Assembly (NCBI GenBank): GCA_000402515.1
Contig: AQRL01000038.1
Span: forward strand, 37,344-101,343
Direction of reading: 5' to 3'
Source: Nanoarchaeota archaeon SCGC AAA011-G17
Lineage (GTDB): Archaea > Nanobdellota > Nanobdellia > SCGC-AAA011-G17
DNA: 64,000 nt
Within the stretch, counting starts at the first letter, position 1, and every line of letters starts with the position of its first letter. A program made the position numbers and the translations under genes. Shown here piece by piece: positions 39,339-49,009 of this stretch. Below the pieces are notes generated by a model. It searched no databases and was not told the origin of the DNA. It worked only from the letters and a program-made list of their open reading frames with translations.

Positions 39339-40142
39339 ATGAAAATTATGGCTATACAAATTCCAGTTGGAAGAGAAGTATTAAATGAAGAAGAAGTTTA
39401 TGTGCGCAGAGGCAGTGGAAAATATTATGCTTATCCCAAGAAGATAGAATCCTTTACAACTAATGCTATTATTTCTCCTGAAGATTGTGCTTTGGTGCAG
39501 GAAGGAAATCAAGCAAGGTATGCTATATCTATGAAGCAAATGTATGGTGGCTCTAATTTCATTTCTGTGAGTGTAGAAGGCTTGAATAATGGATTGTTTA
39601 TCCCAACGCTAGCTATTTTTATGCCTCATTATATAAATGTTAATGAAGCCAGTCAGGGAAAGAATGTTTTGTATGACGCTAATGGAGAGGTGATAGAGAA
39701 AGAAAGATTACATGAATATGCAGCTAAATTAAATCGTGGTTGCTGGGTTTGGATAAATGCCATGTTTCCAAAAGAAAAGACTAAAGATACTGGATTTAAA
39801 GGATTAGACTTAGCTATTATTAATGGATTTGAAGAAGAGCAGCCGATATTTAAAAGAGAGCCATTAGAAAGATGCTTGGAAGATGACAGCTGGGCAGATT
39901 TGGAATCATTAAACAGACAAGGGTTTCCAACAGAAAAAGCAAAAATAGGAAAATATGAGCCAGGCAAAACAATTTATTTTTTGGCACCTTTTTTAAGAGA
40001 AGATGATCCTGAAGTTGGATTTGTCGCGTGGTTCTTCGCCAATTCCGGCAGGGCGGTCCTCAATTGCTTCTGGAATCCTCAGTACTCGTATGCCGGCCTC
40101 GGGGTATTTTTGTGTGCCGAAGGCACCGCGCAAAAAAGTTAA
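39339..40142 (+). CDS. Hypothetical protein; the last ~45 codons lie in an anomalously GC-rich segment
   Basis: ORF. The local GC spike at 39990..40140 is visible by eye. Confidence 0.35.
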   Translation: MKIMAIQIPVGREVLNEEEVYVRRGSGKYYAYPKKIESFTTNAIISPEDCALVQEGNQARYAISMKQMYGGSNFISVSVEGLNNGLFIPTLAIFMPHYINVNEASQGKNVLYDANGEVIEKERLHEYAAKLNRGCWVWINAMFPKEKTKDTGFKGLDLAIINGFEEEQPIFKREPLERCLEDDSWADLESLNRQGFPTEKAKIGKYEPGKTIYFLAPFLREDDPEVGFVAWFFANSGRAVLNCFWNPQYSYAGLGVFLCAEGTAQKS

Positions 40143-40197
40143 TACCTCATGCTGAGAGTTATGTACAGATCAAAAATCAAAAAATAAATATTTTACT

Positions 40198-40923
40198 ATG
40201 AGAAGAAGACTTTTTTGTATTGGATTTGGTGCATTTGCTTATTCCTTGTTAAATGCAGAAGATAGGAAATTTTCTGATCTAAATGACAGTGAGAAAAAGG
40301 ATGTTTTATTTGATATTGTCAAGGAGATGGATGGAAAATATACATTTCCTGTTCCTATGGCTTCTGGTTTAGAAAAGAAACAGGCATTATCTGTGAATAA
40401 ATCTTTGTTTGAATTTGGTGCGGGAAGACCGTATGGCCAAAAACATAAGGGCATTGATGTATATGGCTTTGGCAAAGATGTTGTTTATTTTGCTGATGGT
40501 AAAATTGAGGAAGCAGGAAGGAACATCAACAGCTTTGACCATGGAAATATTGTTGTTGTGAATCATGGAGATATTAATGGATATAATTTATGGAGCTATT
40601 ATCTACATATTGGCGGGATTAATGGAATTAGGGAGGGAGATAGTGTAAAAATTGGAGATGCTTTTGCCAAGATTGATTGTACTGGGATAAGCCCTGATAG
40701 TAGAAGATTGTATAACCCAGGCTCTAAAGATTGCAAGAGAGTAGCACATTTACACTTCCAGATAAGAATAGGGGACATGCATGTCAATCCGAATTATTTT
40801 TTTCCAGAATATTCAGAAAACTCTTTACCAAACTTAAAGAGATGGAGATTGGCTATAAAGGCTAGCTCTTTAGAGGATAATATTGCTGGATTCAAAGGCA
40901 AACAGAGTCGCGGCTCTTTCTGA
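40198..40923 (+). CDS. Secreted M23-family (LytM-like) metallopeptidase
   Basis: Signal peptide, 'KHKGIDVYG' (HxxxD) and 'AHLHFQI' (HxH) zinc motifs. Confidence 0.65.
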   Translation: MRRRLFCIGFGAFAYSLLNAEDRKFSDLNDSEKKDVLFDIVKEMDGKYTFPVPMASGLEKKQALSVNKSLFEFGAGRPYGQKHKGIDVYGFGKDVVYFADGKIEEAGRNINSFDHGNIVVVNHGDINGYNLWSYYLHIGGINGIREGDSVKIGDAFAKIDCTGISPDSRRLYNPGSKDCKRVAHLHFQIRIGDMHVNPNYFFPEYSENSLPNLKRWRLAIKASSLEDNIAGFKGKQSRGSF

Positions 40924-40959
40924 GGTTATATTTATAAACCTTTTTTAATTTAAGTATTT

Positions 40960-42810
40960 ATGAACAAGAAGGATATTTTATTTCCCTATGATGAATTGAG
41001 GAAGGGGCAGGAGGATTTTATTGTTGATGTAAATAATTCTATTTTATTCGGTGGAAAATTAATTGGAAGTGTTCCTACTGGTGTTGGAAAGACTGTTTCT
41101 GTTTTAAGCCCTCTGGTTTCATTTGTTCTTGACAGGAATTACTGCGGTTTTTTTCTTACTCCAAAACATACACAGCATAAACTTGCTATTAATACTTTAA
41201 GACTGATAAAAGAGAGATATAAAATTAAATTTAATGCTGTTGATTTTATCGGCAAGAGGTTCATGTGCGGGCAGGAGGGGGTGGCTGTTCTGAGCAATGG
41301 TGAGTTTCATGAATACTGCAGGGATATTAGAGAGAAGGGAACATGCGACTTTTATAACAACTGTACAAACAAGAAGAGCAGTGCTAAAAAAGAATTATTA
41401 ATAGAGAGATTAAAGGAATTGGGTCCTTTGCATGTTGAGGATGTGTGCAAGCTTTGCATTGATGAAGGATTCTGCCCGTTTGAGATAAGCTGTATGATTG
41501 CCAAAGAGTCCAAAGTTATTATCGGGGATTATTACCATATTTTAAGCACTGGAGTAAGGGATGCTTTGTTTCTTAAGATTAATAAAAGTCTTGATAAGAG
41601 TATTTTGATATTTGATGAGGGGCATAATCTGATCAGCAGAGTAAGGGATTTAATGACTGTCAATCTAAGCAGTTTTATCCTGGACAATGCAATCAAAGAG
41701 GCTAATAATTTTCATTATGATGAGTATGCTGATATTTTAAATGAATTAAAAAACAAATTAGAGAATCTGAATAAAGATAAATTAAGTGTTGAGATTAATG
41801 AGGGTTTGGTCAAGAAACAGGATTTTATTTTTAATGAGCAGTATATCCAGGACTTTTCTATAATAGCTGATGAGGTCAGGGAAGTAAAGAAGAGGAGCTT
41901 TATCGGACTAGTTGGAGGTTTTTTAGAGGCATGGCTCGGGGGTGAAACAGGCTATGCAAGAATATTACAGCGTGGATTTTTAAAATCAGGAAAAGTAAAT
42001 ATCAGCCTGAGCTATAGATGTTTAGACCCTTCTTTAATTACAAAGAAGATAATTGACGAGGCCTATTCTGTAATTGTGATGAGCGGAACTTTACTGCCAT
42101 TAGAGATGTACAGGGATTTATTAGGATTTTCAGATGTTAAGATGAAGGAATATGATAATCCGTTTCCTGTTGAGAATAAATTAAGTTTAATAGTCCCTAA
42201 TATCAGCACTAAATTTACAAAGAGGAATGAGGAGATGTACAAGAGGATTGCAAATGAGGTTTCAGAGATAGTAAATAATGTTCCAGGCAATGTTGCTGTT
42301 TTTTTCCCAAGCTATAATATTCTGAAAGATGTTGACAGGTTTACTGTTATTAAAAAAACAGGATTTTATGAAAGGCAGGGGTTGACCAAAGAGGAGAGGG
42401 ATGAGGTAATTGAGAAATTCAAGAGCCATAAAGATCATGGGGGAGTATTATTTGGGGTTTCTGGCGGAAGCTTTTCAGAGGGGATTGATTTAATCGGGGA
42501 TTATCTGAAGGGAGTAGTTGTTGTTGGACTGCCGTTATCAAGACCTGATGTTGAGACAAAAGAATTGATAAAATATTATGATGATAAATTTTCTAAGGGA
42601 TGGGATTATGGATATATATTACCGGGAATGACGAAGGCAATACAGGCTTCTGGAAGATGCATTAGGTCAGAGACTGACAAGGGAGTAATTATTTTCCTAG
42701 ATGAGAGGTATACCTGGGATATGTATCACAGATGCTTTCCAAAAGACTGGGATATTAAAATAAGTAAGCTACCTGTTGAGAGAATAAATAGATTTTTTAC
42801 TTCAAAGTAG
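40960..42810 (+). CDS. xpd: XPD/Rad3-family 5'-3' DNA helicase with 4Fe-4S domain
   Basis: Walker A 'SVPTGVGKT'. Four Cys in 'FMCGQ...EYCRDIREKGTCDFYNNC'. DEAH box 'IFDEGHNL'. ~616 aa. Confidence 0.8.
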   Translation: MNKKDILFPYDELRKGQEDFIVDVNNSILFGGKLIGSVPTGVGKTVSVLSPLVSFVLDRNYCGFFLTPKHTQHKLAINTLRLIKERYKIKFNAVDFIGKRFMCGQEGVAVLSNGEFHEYCRDIREKGTCDFYNNCTNKKSSAKKELLIERLKELGPLHVEDVCKLCIDEGFCPFEISCMIAKESKVIIGDYYHILSTGVRDALFLKINKSLDKSILIFDEGHNLISRVRDLMTVNLSSFILDNAIKEANNFHYDEYADILNELKNKLENLNKDKLSVEINEGLVKKQDFIFNEQYIQDFSIIADEVREVKKRSFIGLVGGFLEAWLGGETGYARILQRGFLKSGKVNISLSYRCLDPSLITKKIIDEAYSVIVMSGTLLPLEMYRDLLGFSDVKMKEYDNPFPVENKLSLIVPNISTKFTKRNEEMYKRIANEVSEIVNNVPGNVAVFFPSYNILKDVDRFTVIKKTGFYERQGLTKEERDEVIEKFKSHKDHGGVLFGVSGGSFSEGIDLIGDYLKGVVVVGLPLSRPDVETKELIKYYDDKFSKGWDYGYILPGMTKAIQASGRCIRSETDKGVIIFLDERYTWDMYHRCFPKDWDIKISKLPVERINRFFTSK

Positions 42811-42860
42811 TTATAAACAGAAAAGTTTTTAAATATAGATTTTTGTTATGATATCAAAAA

Positions 42861-44123
42861 ATGGCAAAATCAAAATCTTCACAAATATCTATCTCTGCTA
42901 GAGAAGCACGAAAAGCATCTCAGAATTTTAGTAGAATTCATGGAGAAACACCAATTGTTCCTTTAGAAGAAATAGAGAGAGATGGAGTTAAATTGAACAT
43001 CTATGGTAAATTGGAAAATGTTCAATCTGTTTTTACTTTCAAAGCAAGAGGTGCCGAACATTTTGTTTATCTTCTTATGGATCAATATCATAATAAAAGG
43101 GGTATGTTTAGGAATGTTGAGAAAAAACCTGAATTGGTAACTGCTTCTGCTGGAAATCATGCACAGGGACTTGCATTAGCAGCAAATAGATATGGTTTGT
43201 ATGCAGTTATTTTTGTTCCTGAAGAAACTCCTGAAGTAAAATTAAATAGAGTCAAGGAGTTGGGTGGAAATATAGAAGTTCAAGGTATAATTTTTGATGA
43301 AAGTTTGGAAGCTGCTTTACAATATAGCAAGGGAAAACAAAATAGGATATTTGTTCCTCCTTTTGAGAGTCCTCATATTATGGCTGGTCAAGGTGGAGTT
43401 GCTGTGGAAATTTTTTCAAGAACTTGTCCTTATCATTCTGAGTATTGGAGATTAAATGGTATGAAGTGGAATGCTCCGGATGTTATTATTGCTGGATTGG
43501 GGGGAGGAGGACTTGTTAGCGGAATGGGGGCTGTGGTTGAAGAGTTCAATGAAATAACTGGTAATAAAACTAAAGTTATTGGTGTACAATCAGAAGCTGC
43601 GGATTCTATGTATAGATCTGTAAAGGAAGGTAAGTGTCTTCCGAGTACCAACATGAATGCAAAAACTTGTGCAGATGGAATTAATGTAAAACAAGCATCA
43701 CAAAGGATGATTAATACTGTAAGAAAATATGTGCATCAAGTAGTTAGAGTACCAGAGGAGAGTATTATTGAAAGTATTGTGCATATAGCAGAACATCCAG
43801 AACTTATTGATAAAAGATGGCATACTAATGAATGGTATGACCTTATGATTCCATTTAGAATATTACCTGGAGGGACACATCATGTTCATGAATATAGAAG
43901 AATGAATAGAGTAGAGGGAGCTGCGGCTGCTCCATTTGCAGCTGTTTTTTATGGAGATTTAGATGGAGAACTTGACTGGAGAAAAATAGCTGATGGTAAA
44001 AAAGAACTTGATGTCTATTGTGTCTTTACTGGCGGGAACATACCTAATGATAAATGGGTATCTTTAATAAATAAATATGGGAATGTATTTGTAGATGGAA
44101 CAACTATGAGGAAAAGAAAATGA
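42861..44123 (+). CDS. PLP-dependent threonine/serine dehydratase (threonine ammonia-lyase family)
   Basis: PLP-lysine motif 'FTFKARGA', 'SAGNHAQGLALAA', Gly-rich 'GLGGGGLVSG'. Confidence 0.7.
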   Translation: MAKSKSSQISISAREARKASQNFSRIHGETPIVPLEEIERDGVKLNIYGKLENVQSVFTFKARGAEHFVYLLMDQYHNKRGMFRNVEKKPELVTASAGNHAQGLALAANRYGLYAVIFVPEETPEVKLNRVKELGGNIEVQGIIFDESLEAALQYSKGKQNRIFVPPFESPHIMAGQGGVAVEIFSRTCPYHSEYWRLNGMKWNAPDVIIAGLGGGGLVSGMGAVVEEFNEITGNKTKVIGVQSEAADSMYRSVKEGKCLPSTNMNAKTCADGINVKQASQRMINTVRKYVHQVVRVPEESIIESIVHIAEHPELIDKRWHTNEWYDLMIPFRILPGGTHHVHEYRRMNRVEGAAAAPFAAVFYGDLDGELDWRKIADGKKELDVYCVFTGGNIPNDKWVSLINKYGNVFVDGTTMRKRK

Positions 44124-44668
44124 ACTTGTTAGAAAGAGCATGCCTGAAAATTAAACATAAAACTATTAAATGTTTAATTGGATATATATCATTAAATAAA
44201 TCTAGATACCTCAATAATAATATTGCTGATATTTCTGATGGCTACAGTTTGGTTCTGGAATTTGGATTTGGTCGTAGACTGTATGGGTATATATACAGGG
44301 ATGCAGTGAATTCTTTGGTTCTTTATAACGGAAGCCCAAAAGAGGATGCTGTTCTTGGATTTGATGCTGTTGGTAATTCTTTGAGTGTGGTTCAATTACA
44401 AGCAAGAAAGGGGATTGGTAAAGAAAATTTGCCGTATAAATGGGAAAAAATTTTATTGGAAGCAGGAATTGATTATGCTAGGGAAACTGGGTTTAAACAA
44501 ATACATGTTCAGAGAGCAAAGAATAATAAGTGGTTCTGCAAGCATGAATCTAACTCTAATGAATCTGAAAGGAACAAAAGATTAGAGATAAGATATGATG
44601 TAACTGCAAAAAGGAGAGGATTTAGTTTAGATGAAAAGTTAGATGCTTGGGTTTTGAATTTAAAATAA
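44120..44668 (+). CDS. Hypothetical protein, possibly GNAT-fold acetyltransferase
   Basis: Motif-A-like 'QARKGIGKE'. Overlaps the dehydratase by 4 nt. Confidence 0.3.
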   Translation: MNLLERACLKIKHKTIKCLIGYISLNKSRYLNNNIADISDGYSLVLEFGFGRRLYGYIYRDAVNSLVLYNGSPKEDAVLGFDAVGNSLSVVQLQARKGIGKENLPYKWEKILLEAGIDYARETGFKQIHVQRAKNNKWFCKHESNSNESERNKRLEIRYDVTAKRRGFSLDEKLDAWVLNLK

Positions 44669-44748
44669 CAAAAGAGATAGTTATAAATTTTTTTGGAAAA
44701 TCTTTATAGTACAATAATATTTATAAGTTTTATTGATATGTTATTGTT

Positions 44749-45819
44749 ATGCAAACTTCCCGCTTTATGCAACCTGGTAAAGAAGGAGTGGTTATAGCTA
44801 CCCATAATATGTATCAGGATTTTGGTAGATTATTCTTATGGTACTATGACAGACCCAGGAAATTTTATAAGGGAAATCCAGTGCATAAGCTAGTTTATCA
44901 CGATGGAAAACTTCTTGGTATGCAATTTTATAATAACCATGGTGGTTACACTAAATATGGTTTAAAGGATATTCTTGAGAACAGAGTTGTTTTTGAATCT
45001 TGTTTTAAGCATTTATATTCTGATGGAGAGAATTTATACGGTGCAAGAGAATCTGAAAAGATGATTGATGTTCATGAAGATAGTTCTTTTTATGGATATA
45101 ACCCTATAGAGATAGGGAAAATTTTTGATAATGAATTTGAAACTGATATTGTAAGACATATGTTTGTTAAATCTATTGCTAGTGAAAGTGAGAATGTATT
45201 TTTATCTGAAAGAAAATTTCCCATAGTTAGATTATCTACAGATCTTGGAGCAAGATGTGTAAGAATTTCTAAGGGGAATGAGGAAACTCTTTTGGATCTT
45301 GGAAATATCCCCCCTCCTTATTGTCTTCTTCCTACTAAAGGGGGTTTGCTTGCGGGTGTTGAGTTTGGGATATGGAATGTTACTGAAAAAAAATCTGTGA
45401 AACACTTTTCTGAGTCCCATAGATATTTTAGGGATTTGAGAGAATTAGATGGCTATAAATTAGACGGAGGAGATGTTGAATTAATAAATGATGCTCGAGA
45501 CTTTTTGAAGGAAAATGGCCTCCCATTAAACAAAGAGAGAAGCCAAAGAATCGATGACTGCTTAGTTGGAATATTAAGATATGAATTTGATGTTAGACAT
45601 ATGGTTGAATTTCAGGGTAAATTAGTTTTTTCTACCTTTCATAATTTGTATATCTCTGGAACAGAAAATCCTGTTTGGAGGTTTAGAGATTATATTGTTG
45701 GATTAGTCAGAGTGGATGATGAAGATTTGTTAAGAAAACTTAAAGGAGAAACAAATGTTAGAGGAGCTAAAAATGCCGAAGTTGTTAGCCTTCTTACAAG
45801 TATTAAATTAGCAGCATGA
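44749..45819 (+). CDS. Hypothetical protein
   Basis: ORF only. Confidence 0.35.
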   Translation: MQTSRFMQPGKEGVVIATHNMYQDFGRLFLWYYDRPRKFYKGNPVHKLVYHDGKLLGMQFYNNHGGYTKYGLKDILENRVVFESCFKHLYSDGENLYGARESEKMIDVHEDSSFYGYNPIEIGKIFDNEFETDIVRHMFVKSIASESENVFLSERKFPIVRLSTDLGARCVRISKGNEETLLDLGNIPPPYCLLPTKGGLLAGVEFGIWNVTEKKSVKHFSESHRYFRDLRELDGYKLDGGDVELINDARDFLKENGLPLNKERSQRIDDCLVGILRYEFDVRHMVEFQGKLVFSTFHNLYISGTENPVWRFRDYIVGLVRVDDEDLLRKLKGETNVRGAKNAEVVSLLTSIKLAA

Positions 45820-45900
45820 TTTGAAAATATTTATAATTCCCCTTTGGAATATAATTCAGACAATCTAAATGCTTAAGAATATTATTTTTTTTTAATAATT

Positions 45901-46653
45901 ATGAAAACTGCTTTATTATTAGCTGCTTTGACTGCTTTTAATTTGAATGCAGAAGAAACTGCTCCACTTAGTATTGCCACAAACGGAGTACATCCTTTAG
46001 AGCAGAAAATTTTAGAAAGCTCTACTAATCCTCATGGTTTTTTATTTGATGTATACTATGATAATCTTTTTTTAGATCATTCAGGATGGCTTTTGTTTAC
46101 TACCTTTAATAAAGCAGATAGCTCAAGAGTATCAATGGAATTTTCTCTGTCTTGTCCTGGTATTTTGGGATATTTTTTTGATAATATTAATAGGAATTAC
46201 AGAAGCGTAACCACAAGCGAGGATAGCTTATTCTGTGCAACAGAGAACAGCTATAATATTGGTGGAGAGAATATTATCAGTTTTTTTGAAAACCTAAGAG
46301 TATCATTGGCTGAAAAGCCATTGCAGAGCTATGATGGAGCACTGCCAGTAATTCACTACAATGTTCTGAAAGAGGTTAATAAGAAGAAATACCATTATGA
46401 ATTAAAGAGAATAGATTTGGGGTATGAATTTAAAAAAGTTGAGAAGATTTATGACAGTGATTATCTACTTGTTTCTATTCTTCCCATGAATTCTGACCAT
46501 TTCAAATCACTCTCTTTTTTTATTTCTCAGGACGTGATTATTCCGTGGATGTATGCTGATGCTGTTTTTAAATTAAGATTAGTTAACAGGGATTTTAAAG
46601 AGAAAGTATCTAAAAAAGATGAATTCTATAAATTCTTTAAGAGATTTAAGTGA
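45901..46653 (+). CDS. Secreted hypothetical protein
   Basis: Signal peptide 'MKTALLLAALTAFNLNA'. Confidence 0.35.
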   Translation: MKTALLLAALTAFNLNAEETAPLSIATNGVHPLEQKILESSTNPHGFLFDVYYDNLFLDHSGWLLFTTFNKADSSRVSMEFSLSCPGILGYFFDNINRNYRSVTTSEDSLFCATENSYNIGGENIISFFENLRVSLAEKPLQSYDGALPVIHYNVLKEVNKKKYHYELKRIDLGYEFKKVEKIYDSDYLLVSILPMNSDHFKSLSFFISQDVIIPWMYADAVFKLRLVNRDFKEKVSKKDEFYKFFKRFK

Positions 46654-46696
46654 TTATTACATAAGACAAATGCTTAAATATCTATCTTAAGATTTT

Positions 46697-47047
46697 ATGA
46701 TGATGGATAAAAATGATTATTTAACATTTGTTTGTTACCCTTCTGAATTTCTTTTAGATATCCCAAGACCAAAAGAGGCTGATAGATTGTTGCGTGGGAT
46801 TATCATAGGCCAAAGACCATTTGTAGTTATTTTTGATTACGATGGAACTGGAAAATTTAAATATAGAAGAGCCAAGACATATTTTGAATCCAAAGAAGCT
46901 TTAGAAAATATAACTGACCTAAAACTAAGAAGGAGATACGGATTTAGGATAGAGGTTAAAGAAGGGATAGTTTATCTAAATGGAGAAGAAATGAGAGTAT
47001 TTGTTGATAAGCATAGATTAGAAAGGATTGTTGAAGAAAAGTCTTAA
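46697..47047 (+). CDS. Hypothetical protein
   Basis: ORF only. Confidence 0.3.
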   Translation: MMMDKNDYLTFVCYPSEFLLDIPRPKEADRLLRGIIIGQRPFVVIFDYDGTGKFKYRRAKTYFESKEALENITDLKLRRRYGFRIEVKEGIVYLNGEEMRVFVDKHRLERIVEEKS

Positions 47048-47066
47048 ATAGTATTTTTTTATTTTT

Positions 47067-47627
47067 ATGAAAAAAGATATTAAAAAACTGGAAGAGGTAT
47101 TAATACAGGTTGGATTGAGAATTGCTAAAAGAGGAGAGGGGGCTTTATTTGTTGTTGGTGATGCAGCATACAAACCCCTTGTTGATCAGTCTGTTCCTCC
47201 TTTTATGGTTGTAGATAATCCCAAATTGCTTGAGTCCTTAGCATTGATGGATGGTGCGGTTGTTATCGACCAAAAAGGGATGCTTGAAGCTTATGGAGCA
47301 ATGATTGAATCTACTAAAACTTTCAAGAATTTCGGCACAAGGCATAGTGCTGGGATGAGTGTTTCTGAGAAAAAAGGCAATCTTGTAGTTGTTGTTTCTG
47401 AAGAAGACAGGAAAATAAGAATATTAAAAGAGGGAAAGATGATTATGCAGATTGATGCTCTGCAAAAAAATGTTGAGGGTTCTGTTGATGAGGCTGTAAA
47501 TATACTTGAGTCTGTTGGTGCTGGATTATTAGTTCCCGCACTTGGTGTAACACTATTACCCGGAATTGTAATATTCGGCTCTGCCTATTATCTTACAAAA
47601 TTATTACATAAAAAGTTTAAAGAATAG
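47067..47627 (+). CDS. Diadenylate cyclase (DAC/DisA_N domain; c-di-AMP synthase) with C-terminal TM helix
   Basis: 'GALFVVGD', 'DGAVVID', 'GTRHSAGMSVSEKKGNLVVVVSEEDRKIRILKEG' match the DAC motifs (DGA, RHR, VSEE). C-terminal 'LLVPALGVTLLPGIVIFGSAYYL'. Confidence 0.7.
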   Translation: MKKDIKKLEEVLIQVGLRIAKRGEGALFVVGDAAYKPLVDQSVPPFMVVDNPKLLESLALMDGAVVIDQKGMLEAYGAMIESTKTFKNFGTRHSAGMSVSEKKGNLVVVVSEEDRKIRILKEGKMIMQIDALQKNVEGSVDEAVNILESVGAGLLVPALGVTLLPGIVIFGSAYYLTKLLHKKFKE

Positions 47628-47639
47628 GTTTGTATAAAT

Positions 47640-47873
47640 TTATTTTTCTTTTATAATCTGTTCCATGGCTTTTTCTATTTTTGCACTCATATTATATCCT
47701 TTTTCCCTGCAGAATTTCTTAAATTTTGAGGCTATTGATTTGTCTATTGTGAAATTCAGCTTTGTTTTTGTTCTTATTTTTTTTGTTTTTTCGAATTCCA
47801 TTAGATTATTAAACAGCTCAGGGTTATTTTTTACTGTTCTCTTTGCTATTTTCAGCAGTTTATTTGATGGCAT
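47640..47873 (-). CDS. Small ribbon-helix-helix (CopG-like) protein, putative antitoxin/regulator
   Basis: 'KLNFTIDKSIASKFKKFCREKGYNMSAKIEKAMEQII' is an RHH pattern. Confidence 0.4.
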   Translation of the reverse strand: MPSNKLLKIAKRTVKNNPELFNNLMEFEKTKKIRTKTKLNFTIDKSIASKFKKFCREKGYNMSAKIEKAMEQIIKEK

Positions 47874-47909
47874 CTTTTTAGGTATGTATTTATACGTATA
47901 AATGTGTAT

Positions 47910-48185
47910 CTATTTTTTATAAACGCATTTTCCCAAGAAGGAATAGTTAACTGCTTCTTCTATAGCTATCGGCCAGCTCATAATGCTGAAGCTTTCTCTT
48001 GTTTTTCTGAAAAGCCTTAATTCCAAATCAGCTAGCTCTTCCTCAAATTCAATATTAAATTTATAATTCGGTGAAATAAAATAATAGGTTAGATAGTTTT
48101 TTTCTTCTGGATTATGGCCCTTGTAAACTGCACTAATTATTGGATATTTATCAGCAAACTTAATTAGTTCCTTTAGAATATTCAC
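47910..48185 (-). CDS. Hypothetical protein, translationally coupled to the upstream AAA ATPase
   Basis: 4-nt overlap with 48182..48994. Confidence 0.3.
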   Translation of the reverse strand: MNILKELIKFADKYPIISAVYKGHNPEEKNYLTYYFISPNYKFNIEFEEELADLELRLFRKTRESFSIMSWPIAIEEAVNYSFLGKCVYKK

Positions 48186-48994
48186 AATCTTGACCTGTTT
48201 ATTGTTCTTTTTTTAAGCGGAAATCTTGATGGAGAAATTGGAAGTTTTGGGGCTTCTAACCCCAGTTTTCTTACATCCTCGATTTTTATTTCTTTTTCAT
48301 GCTTCTCTGCTGCTTCTTTGCATAATCTGTCCAGGTTCTGAAGCATTCTTCTTGGGTTGTAATCAGACAAAATAAATACTTTTTTTACTAATTCATCTGA
48401 GATTAATTCTAATTCCCCCACCCTGTTTCTTACCAAGTCAACTGCCTCTTCTTCTGACAATTCCTTTACCTTGAATAGATTAGTTCCTATCCTTTCTTTG
48501 ATAGACTGATGGAGATTAACTTCTCTATAGTTTGTTGCTGTAAAGACAACTGATTTGATATTGCCCTGGTCAAAGAAATATTTTATTCTTTCTGTGTTTA
48601 CCGGTGTTAAATCCTGGACCTCATCAAGGAGAACAATCATGTCCTTTGGCATCATTCCGAATAATCTTCCCCAGAAGCCGTATCTTCCACGTAATAATTC
48701 CTCTATGTTTAAGTCCTGGTCTATCCTGTTGCAGGAAAAGAAGATTACCCTCTTCTGGCCCCTGTATTTAGTTATTAAGTGATGCAGAACAGAGGTTTTT
48801 CCTGTTCCTAATGGGCCTTCTATGAAATTCATTGTTCCTGCTGGAAGCTGGTAAAACAATGATTCTAATAATTTATCCTGGCCAAAGATCTTATTATCAA
48901 ACTGGCCCGGCTTTATGCTGAAGGGACTATTAAAAAAACCGTATTTTCTAAACCATAAATCCTCTTCGTGAGCTTCTTCATCAGTATCTTTCAT
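48182..48994 (-). CDS. AAA+ ATPase (archaeal ATPase/ORC-like P-loop NTPase)
   Basis: Walker A 'GPLGTGKTS', Walker B 'VLLDEVQD'. N-terminal 'KYGFFNSPF' is typical of the Arch_ATPase family. Confidence 0.55.
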   Translation of the reverse strand: MKDTDEEAHEEDLWFRKYGFFNSPFSIKPGQFDNKIFGQDKLLESLFYQLPAGTMNFIEGPLGTGKTSVLHHLITKYRGQKRVIFFSCNRIDQDLNIEELLRGRYGFWGRLFGMMPKDMIVLLDEVQDLTPVNTERIKYFFDQGNIKSVVFTATNYREVNLHQSIKERIGTNLFKVKELSEEEAVDLVRNRVGELELISDELVKKVFILSDYNPRRMLQNLDRLCKEAAEKHEKEIKIEDVRKLGLEAPKLPISPSRFPLKKRTINRSRL

Positions 48995-49009
48995 ATTTCT
49001 AATCCTCCT

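Noticed and set aside
39990-40140. GC-rich segment as a tRNA or SRP-RNA fragment
   Set aside because: No cloverleaf and no T-loop GTTCRANYC could be fitted, and it is too short for 7S RNA. It is left as an unexplained anomaly in the findings.
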